DNA of 61,610 nucleotides, counting the filler, from Nemertoderma westbladi (Eukaryota; Animalia; Xenacoelomorpha): the NCBI GenBank assembly GCA_032718475.1. It is 3 parts of 3 records of this genome, joined end to end, with 100 filler letters (N's around TTAATTAATTAA, not from the genome) between each part and the next. Parts side by side here need not be neighbours in the genome. Positions count along the whole stretch, not along the records: positions 30,210 to 51,673 come from JAUCBJ010000575.1; 2 more parts are not named here. One strand, given 5' to 3'. Made by a program: the position numbers and the translations under genes. Below, piece by piece: positions 37,136 through 47,519 of this stretch. How positions within the stretch are numbered: position 1 is the stretch's first letter; the number at the start of each line of letters is the position of its first letter. The notes under the pieces were generated by a model. It did not search any database and was not told the DNA's origin. It saw only the letters and a list, made by a program, of their open reading frames with translations.

Positions 37136-37186
37136 CGCAGTAAGTAGGATTCGAACCTATGCGGGAACCTACTCGGGCAACACTGT
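37136..37186 (-). pseudogene. tRNA-like remnant (Ser/Leu type) lacking the anticodon arm
   Basis: Minus strand ACAGTGTTGCCCGAGTAGGTTCCCGCATAGGTTCGAATCCTACTTACTGCG shows an A-box-like D arm, a perfect T arm TAGG-TTCGAAT-CCTA and acceptor pairing CAGTG/TACTG. Only ~50 nt. Confidence 0.5.
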
Positions 37187-37670
37187 TCTAGGTCTGTATG
37201 TAAAAGGTGTCTATTCGAATCGAACGTGTTAAATTCTGTAATTTCGTACCTACCGGAGCACAGTACCAGATACCAGTACCGTATAGCTGTTAGGGTACCG
37301 TAGCAATTTTTTAAAAGTGATAGACTTCATGATCATTATTTATCTACAAGCAGGAAGCAGCCAATACATCAGCTCTGGAAAATGAGGCGTTCCCGAGAAA
37401 TTTAACACTATTTCTTGAAACACATAATCTCTCGCAGCTGACCACATACTGAATGATTTTCACCAAACTTTCCCTCTACTACTGTAATTACGGGTGTAAA
37501 CGTTACGCCGACAACCGACAGCTGACAGCCGGATATTAATTCGCCAAGTCCAGTTTCAGGGGCGTACCCAAGGAGTGTTGTAGTGGGGGAACCCCCCCCC
37601 CCCCGTCAGTAATAGTCATATAGTCAGTAAATAGTCATGTGTGTAATAAAAAATAAGTGTAATATTCCAA

Positions 37671-37934
37671 GGTTCCACCTTGGTGTAGTCGTTGCATTGA
37701 ATTCACATCTCCTGTAGGTCGTGGGTTTGATCCTCACTTGGGCCAGGGCAGTTTTCGTTTCGGCACGAATGCTTTAAAGGGACCAGCCAGGGCGCATCTC
37801 TGCCTTGCATCCTTAAGTGGTAGCTAAATGAGTACTGGGTACTAAAGTTCTGGGGGGACCGCACTGGAAATAAGTCGTCAGACTTTGTGCGTAATCCCTG
37901 GCCTAGCGGCCGAAGAAATTTTTTTTTTTTTTTT
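37671..37934 (+). mobile_element. tRNA-derived SINE (family B), second copy
   Basis: Reverse-complement match to 25041-25321 with a small internal deletion; poly-T tail. Confidence 0.8.
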
Positions 37935-37962
37935 AAATTGATATCTGTTATTAGATATTTAT

Positions 37963-39133
37963 GGGAGTATACGTTGAGTATACACCAGGAGCATACACCA
38001 GGAGCATACACCAGGAGCATACACCAGGAGCATACACCAGGTGCATACACCAGGAGCGAGCATACACCAGGAGCATACACCAGGAGCATACACCAGGAGC
38101 ATACACCAGGAGCATACACCAGGAGCATACACCAGGAGCATACACCTGGAGCATACACCAGGTGCATACACCAGGAGCATACACCAGGAGCATACACCAG
38201 GAGCATACACCAGGAGCATACACCAGGAGCATACACCAGGAGCATACACAGTGATATTAATATTAAAAATTATTATAGTGGAAATTATAATACTGGGAAT
38301 TAGATCAACAAATCAATTTATTTGTTAAGTAAAAGACGGTCGACCGACGCAGAAATAAAAAATGTAATTATTACGTGCTTATAAGCACGTAAATACGTTT
38401 AAATACAATAATATTCAACAAATTATTGCTATAGTAGGCATATTTATTATATTAAAATAGACCTTGTCAGACAACGAACGAGGTAGTTCAGTTTGAACCA
38501 ATCTGAAAACCAAACCAACCAAACTGATCAAACCAATCCGAAAGAACGGATTTTATCTATTTGCTTGTTGTCTAAGTTGCGATACACTTTATTGGCAATA
38601 TGCACGTCATCCAGACACAGTTTTGGAAACTTTAGTTTAAGACAACTCATTTGTAGATGAAACCAAACAGGTTCCTTGTAAACCGTAACTTTTACCAACT
38701 TAGATTCAGGGTCTGTAAATGATCTTCTACACCATGACTTGATGCAAATATCATCAGGGGAGGAAACAACTTGACCACTTGAAAGACGGATCAACCCGCT
38801 ACACCCGTAACATTTGAACGCACCACTGTCGTTTATTGATGCAATTAGAAATTTATCAGAATCCTTCGCTATCTCGAGGGTCTTTAAAGGAATTGTATCT
38901 TTACAACGCTGACCTTTCCGTACGGTACGGTACTGTATGCTCCTGGTGTATGCTCCTGGTGTATGCTCCTGGTGTATGCCCTGGTGTATGCTCCTGGTGT
39001 ATGCTCCGGTGTATGCCCGGTGTATGCTCCTGGTGTATGCTCCTGGTGTATGCTCCTGGTGTATGCTCCTGGTATATGCCCCTGGTGTATGCTCCAGGTG
39101 TATGCTCCTGGTGTATGCTCAACGTATACTCCC
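37963..39133. mobile_element. Foldback Mutator-like element (MULE), non-autonomous, 1171 bp
   Basis: Termini GGGAGTATACGTTGAG / CTCAACGTATACTCCC with a perfect 9-bp TSD GATATTTAT (37954-37962, 39134-39142). Arms are inverted arrays of the 13-mer CAGGAGCATACAC. Internal minus-strand fragment KCYGCSGLIR...PDDICIK...VWFHLQMSCL (CxxC...HxxxxC Zn-finger-like). Confidence 0.85.
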
Positions 39134-40983
39134 GATATTTATACCTAGGTGGTGTTCCCCCGTATAAATTTATATATTTTAAATTAAACCGGTGTAATTT
39201 TATATTTCTAATTACAGATTTTCTTATATTTCCAAAACAAATATACAATTTTTTAAAACAATTATCCTCTTTTAAACAGGACATTGAATAAAAAAAACTT
39301 ATAGGGAAAAAACGTCACTGGTCAGGTAGGGGGAGGAAACTGGACGCAATAATAGTTTTTTGTTATGAAAAAAAAGGTCACGGTTTTTATTTTGAATTCA
39401 TCCTTGAACTACTGTACAGTATAATCACGCTCAGATTCCGTCAGCAGAAATGAAATTGTACGTTACGTGTCACGTTTTCGACGGTAGCGAATTATCCCAA
39501 AATAACCTGCCAATTACAAATTACTACACTATGACAGAATAGTTTGAGTTATGAGAATATAGTTCATCCCTAAATGAAACTGTTAGGATATCGAACCCAT
39601 TAAATACAATTCCTTGTACGAACCCTAGCAGGCTTGATGCTTCTTATAGACCAAAATTGTGTTTGTAAAATATTTAATTATGTTCAGTCTGATAAGTTCA
39701 TTAACATTTGAAGCAACATAATACTATGCGCAACATTCGAAAGTGTAAACGATTCCTTCTGAAGTCTTAAATAATCAATTAAACCCGATTCCCAGAAATA
39801 TAATAATTCAACAACACAATTATATTGACAAAATACGAATAAAATGCAAACAAGATACTATGCACCAAAAACATACTAATTATTACTAACTACATTTTAC
39901 CCCGTCATGCATACACCAGCTCCTGGAATATAGATTATTCATTCAGTGAGCCCCCCCCCCCCCCCTCCCCACCCCCCCTTCCAAAAAATAAAAAATGTAT
40001 CGAATCATAATAAGATGGCAAACAATTTGAAAGGTTGCAGTGTTGCCCAGCTACTTATGAGAAAAATAACATTGAAAGTTGTGTATTTACTAAATGTTAT
40101 TCGCCTCCAGCGAATTCCATTTCACCAAAATTCCATTTCGATATTGTTTTCATGAAAAACATGATCATTTAATATTCATGCAATGCTATAATTTATAATA
40201 CTCATATCTCAAGTATTTCACAATGAAATTTATAATTTTGTAAACCAAATTTTAAATCTTTACATCGTCACCTTTTTATCGACACTAACTGCGGTGTAAC
40301 TGGTGCAATATCGTCGGAGACACTTTCTCAAACGCCTGTAGCTAAAGATTGAAAGCGAAAATAACAATTTTGTTATTATATATTTAACTCCACGGAGGAG
40401 TTAAATATTAAAATTTGAGAAATTTCACCAAAATATGACACTTTTCATAAAAAAATTACAGTATATTAATTTGTAGTTTGTCATATTGATCGTTTTGTAA
40501 TATTCAAATTTTGTAATAAAACTACTAATACTGGCATATGTATTACTGTACTGGATGTATTACTTGTTCCAAAGTAAAAGTATTTTATACAATGTTCTGA
40601 TTCATGTTGCTTTACTTTTACGGCTATTAATTCCAATATCAAATATCATTACCAAATGCCATTAATAGAGAATAAATAAATAAATAATTATTGGCAATGT
40701 ACACCTCATTAATGTATGTACGAAAGTTAAAGGATAAAGAAAATATAACACAATTAATAGATATATTAAAGTATAACTAATAACGACACAACTTGTAAAA
40801 TATTTTAAAATTAGAAAATAAAATGTAAGATTTTAATATAATAATAAGATTTTACTTTAATTTAAACTTTTATGAAGAGAAACTGAAACTGTATGTAAGA
40901 TAAACAGCAACATACTCGAAAAGTATCGCAGACTATCGCTTAGATATCTATGGATACACGCAAATTGAGTCACTCACTTAATC

Positions 40984-42260
40984 TTAACCCTATTAGCACT
41001 GGGGGAGGGGGGGGATCGGCCCCTTCCTAATTATTAATTGCTGTATCTATGCAACCACATTATGTACCAGCCCAATTTTTTACGAGAATTTGTCAAATTT
41101 AATGGCACATATTTTGCAAAAAACTGCGTTGCAATTACATTTATACTTTTCGATGTGGGTGCCACCTCAAAATTTGGTCACCAGCAGAACTTTTTTTGAA
41201 ATTTTCAAATTTTACAAGTTAGTAATTCTTTATTTTACAAGTTAGTAATTCTTTATGTTGGGTCTTTTTTTATTGATTCTAATTCGTATGGAGCATTCTA
41301 CTACTCTATTTAAGTATGTAAGTGAAGCGGTACGTCATTTTTGGTGCACCAAAATTAGGGCGTGGCATTTCAAATATTCAAAATTTCAATATTCGTTAAA
41401 TACTGTGAAGTTTTGATTCAATGCATTTTTAAGGATTTTCTGGCCAGCTAAATCGATTGAAAGTAATATAGAAGACTCAATTCTTAGTGGTACGTCCTTT
41501 TTGGTGCATCAAAATTAGTGCTTGGCAAGTAGGCCCTACTTCAAATTTTCAAAATTACGATATTCAGAAAATACCACAAGGTTTTCATTTTAATCCATTT
41601 TTACAGGTTATCTGGAGCGCTGAATCGATTGAAAGTAATATTGAAGCCTCAAGTCTTTAGTGGTACGTCATTATTGGTACACTTAAATTAGGACGTGGTA
41701 CTTTTTTCAAAATTTGATTAAGTGCCACTCCCTAATATCTGTGCACCAAAAATGGCGAACCACTAAGTCTTCAGGCTTCTATAATACTTTCAATCGATTC
41801 AGCGCTCCAGAAAACTTATAAATGTGCGTTGAAATCTCAACTTTGGTTTATTTTCGAAATCTCGGATGTTTCAATATTTGAAGTGCCACACCCTAATTTG
41901 GTGCTCCAAAAAAGGCGAACAACTAAGTCTTCAGGCTTCTATAATACTTTCAGTCGATTCAACAGTCCAGAAAACCTATAAAAATGCGTTGAAATCAAAA
42001 GTTCGGGGCATTTTCCGAATATCGTATTTTGCGCCACGCCCACGTTTTAGGTGCACGAAAAATAGCAACCAGTTCAATTTATTTTCGGAAATGGAATATA
42101 ATCACATTCGATTCAGCTTAGTGAAAAATCTACTAACGCTAGCCAACAATGCCACACAATTAGTTTTTGGAATATCAAAAAATTGTCCTGGGACTACTTC
42201 TATTTTTCATGAAAATTATTATACCCACCTTATGAAATTTTCATTTTTTTGGATTTGAAA
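40984..42260. mobile_element. piggyBac-like non-autonomous element, right end not found
   Basis: Starts TTAA-CCCTATTAGCACTGG. Internal ~160-175-bp repeats (GGTACGTCATTTTTGGTGCACCAAAATTAGGGCGTGGCA) at ~41330, 41490 and 41660, with inverted copies at ~41720-41930. Confidence 0.5.
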
Positions 42261-42941
42261 ATGTTATTCGATAATGTTTTCACTTACAGCCCAAATTTCG
42301 TAGGATTTCTTCATTCAATGATTACAAAAATACAGCGCGGTGACATACAATACACGTTAACAAGTTATTTTATTTTAAATATTATTCTGTTACAAAATTT
42401 CTATTTTTTTAATACATTGGCACGTCAACAATAATCTTTCTATATGACTGCACTAACCCTACCAGTATCACTCACTGTATTATACAGTAGGCCTATGGAC
42501 TTACTGGCATATTAAAAGGCTGGACATAAGGCTGACATAAATAGGTCTTGCCCTAAATATAAAAACGAAACATTATACTAGTGAGTGAAATAAAAGTGGA
42601 AACGGGAAATAAAGAGTATTGCTTAGCACCCACAAAAGTTTTACAAACAATTAATTTGTACAGATACATCCATGAAACTAGAAACAATTTGAGCGCACCT
42701 GTGATTAATAAACATATAATTGGAAACCAAGTAACCGATACTATAAAAATAACTATTATTCGACTTGGTAAAGTTTTAACTGTAAAAAATAACTACCTGT
42801 TGCGATTATTATTAGCGGTATAACAACGTCACCAGGAATAGAGAGAGAAAGGAGGTTACTTAATTAAGTTATTGAGTGTTATAACTTAATGTTTGTTTAT
42901 ATGTTAGATAACTGGGTTAGATAGCTGATATTGATTGCATT

Positions 42942-43881
42942 AAAACAAACACGAAGTGGGGCCTTCGCGCAGCACGTGACTTAATTATACTTAGTTATAC
43001 ATTTCGCCCTCTAGCGGCAGACTGGAGGACTCCAGACCGTTTACTGCCCACCAAAGACTCAGGCCGACTTCTACTACATATCTGCTACGTTTCAGCTTGA
43101 ACGGATCATAAATAACGAGATGGGAGAAAGATTTCACATTCAAACATTTCGCCCTCTAGCGGCAGACTGAAGAACTGCACACGGATTAGCCTTCAATTCA
43201 ATTCAATTCCTTCTTTCAAAGTCACAGCTAATGGTCTAGTACATATCTGCCAAATTTCAGCATAAATGGATTAAAAGCAAAGAAATGGGAGGACATTTAA
43301 TGTTTAGACATGTGGCCCTCTAGCAGGAGACTATTGCTCTGATGGTGTCTGAAAGTCTCTCAAACGTCTCAACTTTAGCTCATATTGATACCTACAAATT
43401 TTCAACTTGGCAGCTTTAAATCCGACAAAGTTATTAGCATGTCAAAATCGTAACGACGACAACGATTTCACTTTCAGACCTTTGGCCCTCTAGCGGCAGA
43501 CTGGAGAACTGCAGATGGATTCGCCTCCTTTGAAAGTCACAGCTAATGGTCTAATACATATCTGCCAAGTTTCAGCTTAAACGGATTAAAAGCAAAGAAA
43601 TGGGAGGGCATTTAATGTTTAGACATGTGGCCCTCTAGCGGGAGACCATTGCACTGATGGTGTCTGAAAGTCTCTCAAAAATCTCAACTTTTGCTCATAT
43701 TGATACCTACAAATTTTCAACTTGGCAGCTTTAAATCCGACAAAGTTATTAGCATGTCAAAATCGTAACGACGACGACAACGACGACGACGACGACGACG
43801 ACAACTATTTGCATAAATTGACCCACCCCCTAACAGTGTCAATTCGCTAAGGCTCCGCCAACTTCGTGGCTCGCCCCACAA
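42942..43881. mobile_element. Helentron/HINE-like non-autonomous element
   Basis: Short subterminal inverted repeat CACGAAGT (42950) / ACTTCGTG (43861). Repeated GCCCTCTAGCGGCAGACT and AAATTTCAGC blocks, a ~310-bp internal duplication and a (GAC)n microsatellite near one end. Confidence 0.5.
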
Positions 43882-44018
43882 TTCAATAGTAAAGCATACA
43901 GTTCGCTGAAATAGAACGCAAACTAAACCAGCACCTTATAATATATGAAATATAAATAAAGAGAATGAATGTAGAGCGAATAAAACAGAAGACCATAATA
44001 TATTGGCTGTAATTCAAC

Positions 44019-46178
44019 CTAAATGCGTCGAGTCGGAGATACCAAGTTAACATTACCCGTGGCGGAGTTCTCCTTGACATAAACTATAGCGGCGAGCTCC
44101 TTACAGAATTCCTCTAGAAGGACGGCGCCTTCGAAGAGAAAGATAAACCGCGAGTCTACTACGGGGAGGGCTGCGTTGCCCGGGGGGGTCTCGAGTCGGG
44201 AGCGAACTAGGGCCAACGCGGTGCGGTGATCGGGGATGCGTTGGCAGCGGGTGAGAAGGTCGTTGGAGAGACGAACGAGGATGGAGTAGAGAGATCGCGC
44301 GCCCGGGGGCAGTCGTATGAACGGGTTCAGTAGGTACTCGTGGAGGTGCGGATGGGGGAGATGGGCTAGTTGGGAGAGTAGTTGGAGGAGTTGGAGATTC
44401 ACTGAGTAGGATTGGTCTAGAAGGCGCTCCAACTTATTGAAGAGGCCGTTAAGGAAAGGACCTTCATCGAAAGGAAGATTGGCGCAGCTGCGTAGAGGAA
44501 GAAGGAAACCAGGCCAATCGTACCGGACGCATTGGATGAGGGAGGAACGACAAGTCTTAATGGAGTCCTTAAGGTAATCCTCGTAGCCATGGGAACCCGA
44601 TGACTTTATATTGTCCGGGAGGATCGTGATAAACGCGTTTATTACATCGGCTAACGGAGGCGCCTCCAGCTCCTCATTGGGGTTCTGTAGCCGCAGGAGT
44701 GAGGCGGAACGGCGTTTATGTCGGGCCATCTTCACGTTGAGTTCCGTGGAGGTGAGCTGGTCGGAACGGTCGCTGTCCGTTCCGGACTCGTCGCTTTCCG
44801 ATAACTCCTCAACTGCTTCCCGATGGATATACGATCGATCCTTCAAGTAAAACAGAATCAGGTTATAGGAGACGCACTCGCAGTGCTTCTGGAAGAGAAC
44901 CTGGAACATCTTGAGAGCGGCGATGGACAGCTCGTCGGACATGTGGTCACATCGCTGAATAACGAGTTGTCGGACCTCAGGGGAGCCGACTGCGTCCGAC
45001 AACGGGAGACCCAGAATAAAACCTACGAACTCCGCGACCAGAATGGAAGAGGATATATGGAGGAGGCATTGTTTAACGAAGACCGTAGCGAGAAGGGCTC
45101 CGCTCTCCGATATCTGTTTGAGAAGCGGAGCTACTATCGGCTGGATAAACGATTCGCGGATGCCGAAAACTAAAGATTTACCTATAACTCCTTGGGAAGC
45201 CTTAATTAGTTGGTCTAAGTAATCGAGCCATGAGAGAAACGATATGAGCTGTCTGTGTCCGTGGATAGAAGGTCCGACGTCGGTTATATCCAGTCCCCAA
45301 CGGGCGTCGGTACACTCGATGGTGTCTACGAGTAGATCAGTAGGGAGAGCGCGATACAACGCGACGAGACGGTCGCAGAACAAGCGAGTCAACCCGCTGT
45401 GTTCCCCGATAAACGCCGCTAGTTCCGCACTCTGAATGGTGCAAACCACCATAAGAACCTCGCAAGCCTTCACCGCGATCCGACTGTCGGGACTTCTAGA
45501 CAACTGTAAAACAGCTGAGACTAACCGACAACTTGGCGTCTCTGTGGACTCGCCAACTGGATTCACTTTTGTAATGAAATGATTAATATATTCGGGATGT
45601 TGATTTAATTTACCGGCTAATACGAATAGTAAAGCGATTTCTTCACTCTCAGAAGGACCAGCTCGCACCTCACCGCACAGTCGCACCATATTCTGTAACG
45701 GCCGGTAGACGTTGGAGTGCCAAACGAACGGCAGTTTACTTATAAATTTAGTGTAGAAAACCAGAACCGCTGATTTCATCCCTGGAGGGCAATCTGTTCT
45801 CGCTAAAGTGTGTAAAGTTTCTAGAATCTTGTGCGTTAATAAGTAATTGATACAGGGACCTAGGTGTTGTGGTTTAGATACACTTAGATCGTTATCGACT
45901 TTACCATCTACGTGATCAACGTTATCAGGGCCGTCCGGTTTGATTTCCTGGTCCTCGAGTTCTTCCATCTCCTGCGTTAGAATCTGCAACATTTGTTCCA
46001 GGTGCGCGGGGATATTCGTTTGGTCGGCTAGCTTTCTGTTATCTTTGGAATCGACGTAGTATCGAGTTAGCGACTTCCAATGCCACACAAAGTCGTCGTA
46101 CAGAACCGTGGGGGGTTGTAACGCATCCGCAGCTGATTGTAAAGCTGCGCTGATTTTTGATACTAAAGTTCTATTCAT
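44019..46178 (-). CDS. FHIP2: FHF complex subunit HOOK-interacting protein 2 (FAM160B family), intronless, ~719 aa
   Basis: N-terminus SKISAALQSAADALQP...DDFVWHWKSLTRYY, TNIPAHLEQMLQIL, GPCINYLLTHKILETL, DCPPGMK, FLSWLDYLDQL, RCDHMSDELSIAALKMF. C-terminal EGPFL...LLDQSYSVNLQL...HPHLHEYLL...LEEFCKELAAI. The best start is the ATG at 46178. Confidence 0.92.
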   Translation of the reverse strand: MNRTLVSKISAALQSAADALQPPTVLYDDFVWHWKSLTRYYVDSKDNRKLADQTNIPAHLEQMLQILTQEMEELEDQEIKPDGPDNVDHVDGKVDNDLSVSKPQHLGPCINYLLTHKILETLHTLARTDCPPGMKSAVLVFYTKFISKLPFVWHSNVYRPLQNMVRLCGEVRAGPSESEEIALLFVLAGKLNQHPEYINHFITKVNPVGESTETPSCRLVSAVLQLSRSPDSRIAVKACEVLMVVCTIQSAELAAFIGEHSGLTRLFCDRLVALYRALPTDLLVDTIECTDARWGLDITDVGPSIHGHRQLISFLSWLDYLDQLIKASQGVIGKSLVFGIRESFIQPIVAPLLKQISESGALLATVFVKQCLLHISSSILVAEFVGFILGLPLSDAVGSPEVRQLVIQRCDHMSDELSIAALKMFQVLFQKHCECVSYNLILFYLKDRSYIHREAVEELSESDESGTDSDRSDQLTSTELNVKMARHKRRSASLLRLQNPNEELEAPPLADVINAFITILPDNIKSSGSHGYEDYLKDSIKTCRSSLIQCVRYDWPGFLLPLRSCANLPFDEGPFLNGLFNKLERLLDQSYSVNLQLLQLLSQLAHLPHPHLHEYLLNPFIRLPPGARSLYSILVRLSNDLLTRCQRIPDHRTALALVRSRLETPPGNAALPVVDSRFIFLFEGAVLLEEFCKELAAIVYVKENSATGNVNLVSPTRRI

Positions 46179-47519
46179 GATTAATAGATTTATTAATACA
46201 GTAATACATAACTGCATAACAGCAGTACAGCAGTATACCAGTAATAGTGTAATAGGGCCTCCTTGTTCCTGTCATAGCCCTAGCAGGACTGAATGCTGGC
46301 ATGAACAGCCTAATACTGTAATAATAATAGGGAAAATATCTGCATATCTATCTCAGTATCTACAGATCTACCTGCTATGACCTACACGCAACCTGGCAAC
46401 AGGACACTCTGTCTGCACTCTGCATGTATAATAATACAGTACCGGTAATAGGCCATTATAAACTAAACTATAACGGCAGAATTCGATTAGAAATACTTAC
46501 CGTATTAGTTTAGAGCTTTGTCCTACAGTAGCTCGCTCCAACTTCTTGTAGTAGTAGTTTAGTTTACCACATTAGTATTAGTATTATTTCTTAGTAATTA
46601 AAATGTGTAATGTTTAATAATTTACGGGTGTAGAGTAGAAAGAAATTTATTATAAGGCACCCCACTAACAGACTAATAAAATACAAGTTATAAGAAGTCG
46701 TCATAGTAAGAAATAATTAAATAGAGAAGAAATGATATATTTACACTACACGTTCACAAAATTTATATAATAAACTAGTACTGTATAAAATGTCTAAAAA
46801 GTATTGTCTAAAATTGATATAAATGTTATGTGTACAAACGTCAATAGTAGTAAGGTATATATATAGAGTGAGCAATGAGTAAAACCATAACCAACATACA
46901 TACCAAAAATAATAAAAATGATGTATTCTATATAGCAAACACATATTGCGACAGCATATTTTTTTAAAGCTAAATTTGATATGAATTTTTTGGTGTACCT
47001 ATTGTATACCCAAAAACATTCATATAAAATTTTGTTAAAACGTCAATAGTAAAAGATTTAGTGTAAGCAACTAGTAAAATCAATAAAATACTGGATATCT
47101 ACAATATAAAAAGATTAAAAATTTAAAATGACATTTAAAAAAATTAACAAGCTAATATTGCGAAACCCGATACCGGTAGTATAAATTCAGCTAAAATTGA
47201 TGAGCTTTTATGTTACAATAGATTAAATCATCGATACATTCGAATTCGACATGGTATTAATATAGAGAAAGCAATAAAAACCAACATATAATATAATATT
47301 TACTAATTCACGAAAATTAATTATTAACATAAAAAATATTGCGACAGTATAAAATAATGTAAAGTAATTCTAAAAAGGTTGAGACAACTACAGTAATATA
47401 TTAAATAAAATATCTGCTATGAAACATTCAAATATTGGTGTGTAGAAAGAAAGTTAGTGAAATAAAATATGGCATAGATTAATAAGATATATTATATGAA
47501 ACAATAAATAATACATTAG

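Noticed and set aside
37703-39291. ORFs with YAPGVCSWCMLLV / HQEHTPGAYTRSI repeats
   Set aside because: They are translations of the stop-free 13-bp repeat in the MULE arms.
46179-46217. N-terminal extension MQLCITVLINLLI of FHIP2
   Set aside because: Family similarity starts near the ATG at 46178; the upstream AT-rich stretch looks like UTR, although it is in frame.
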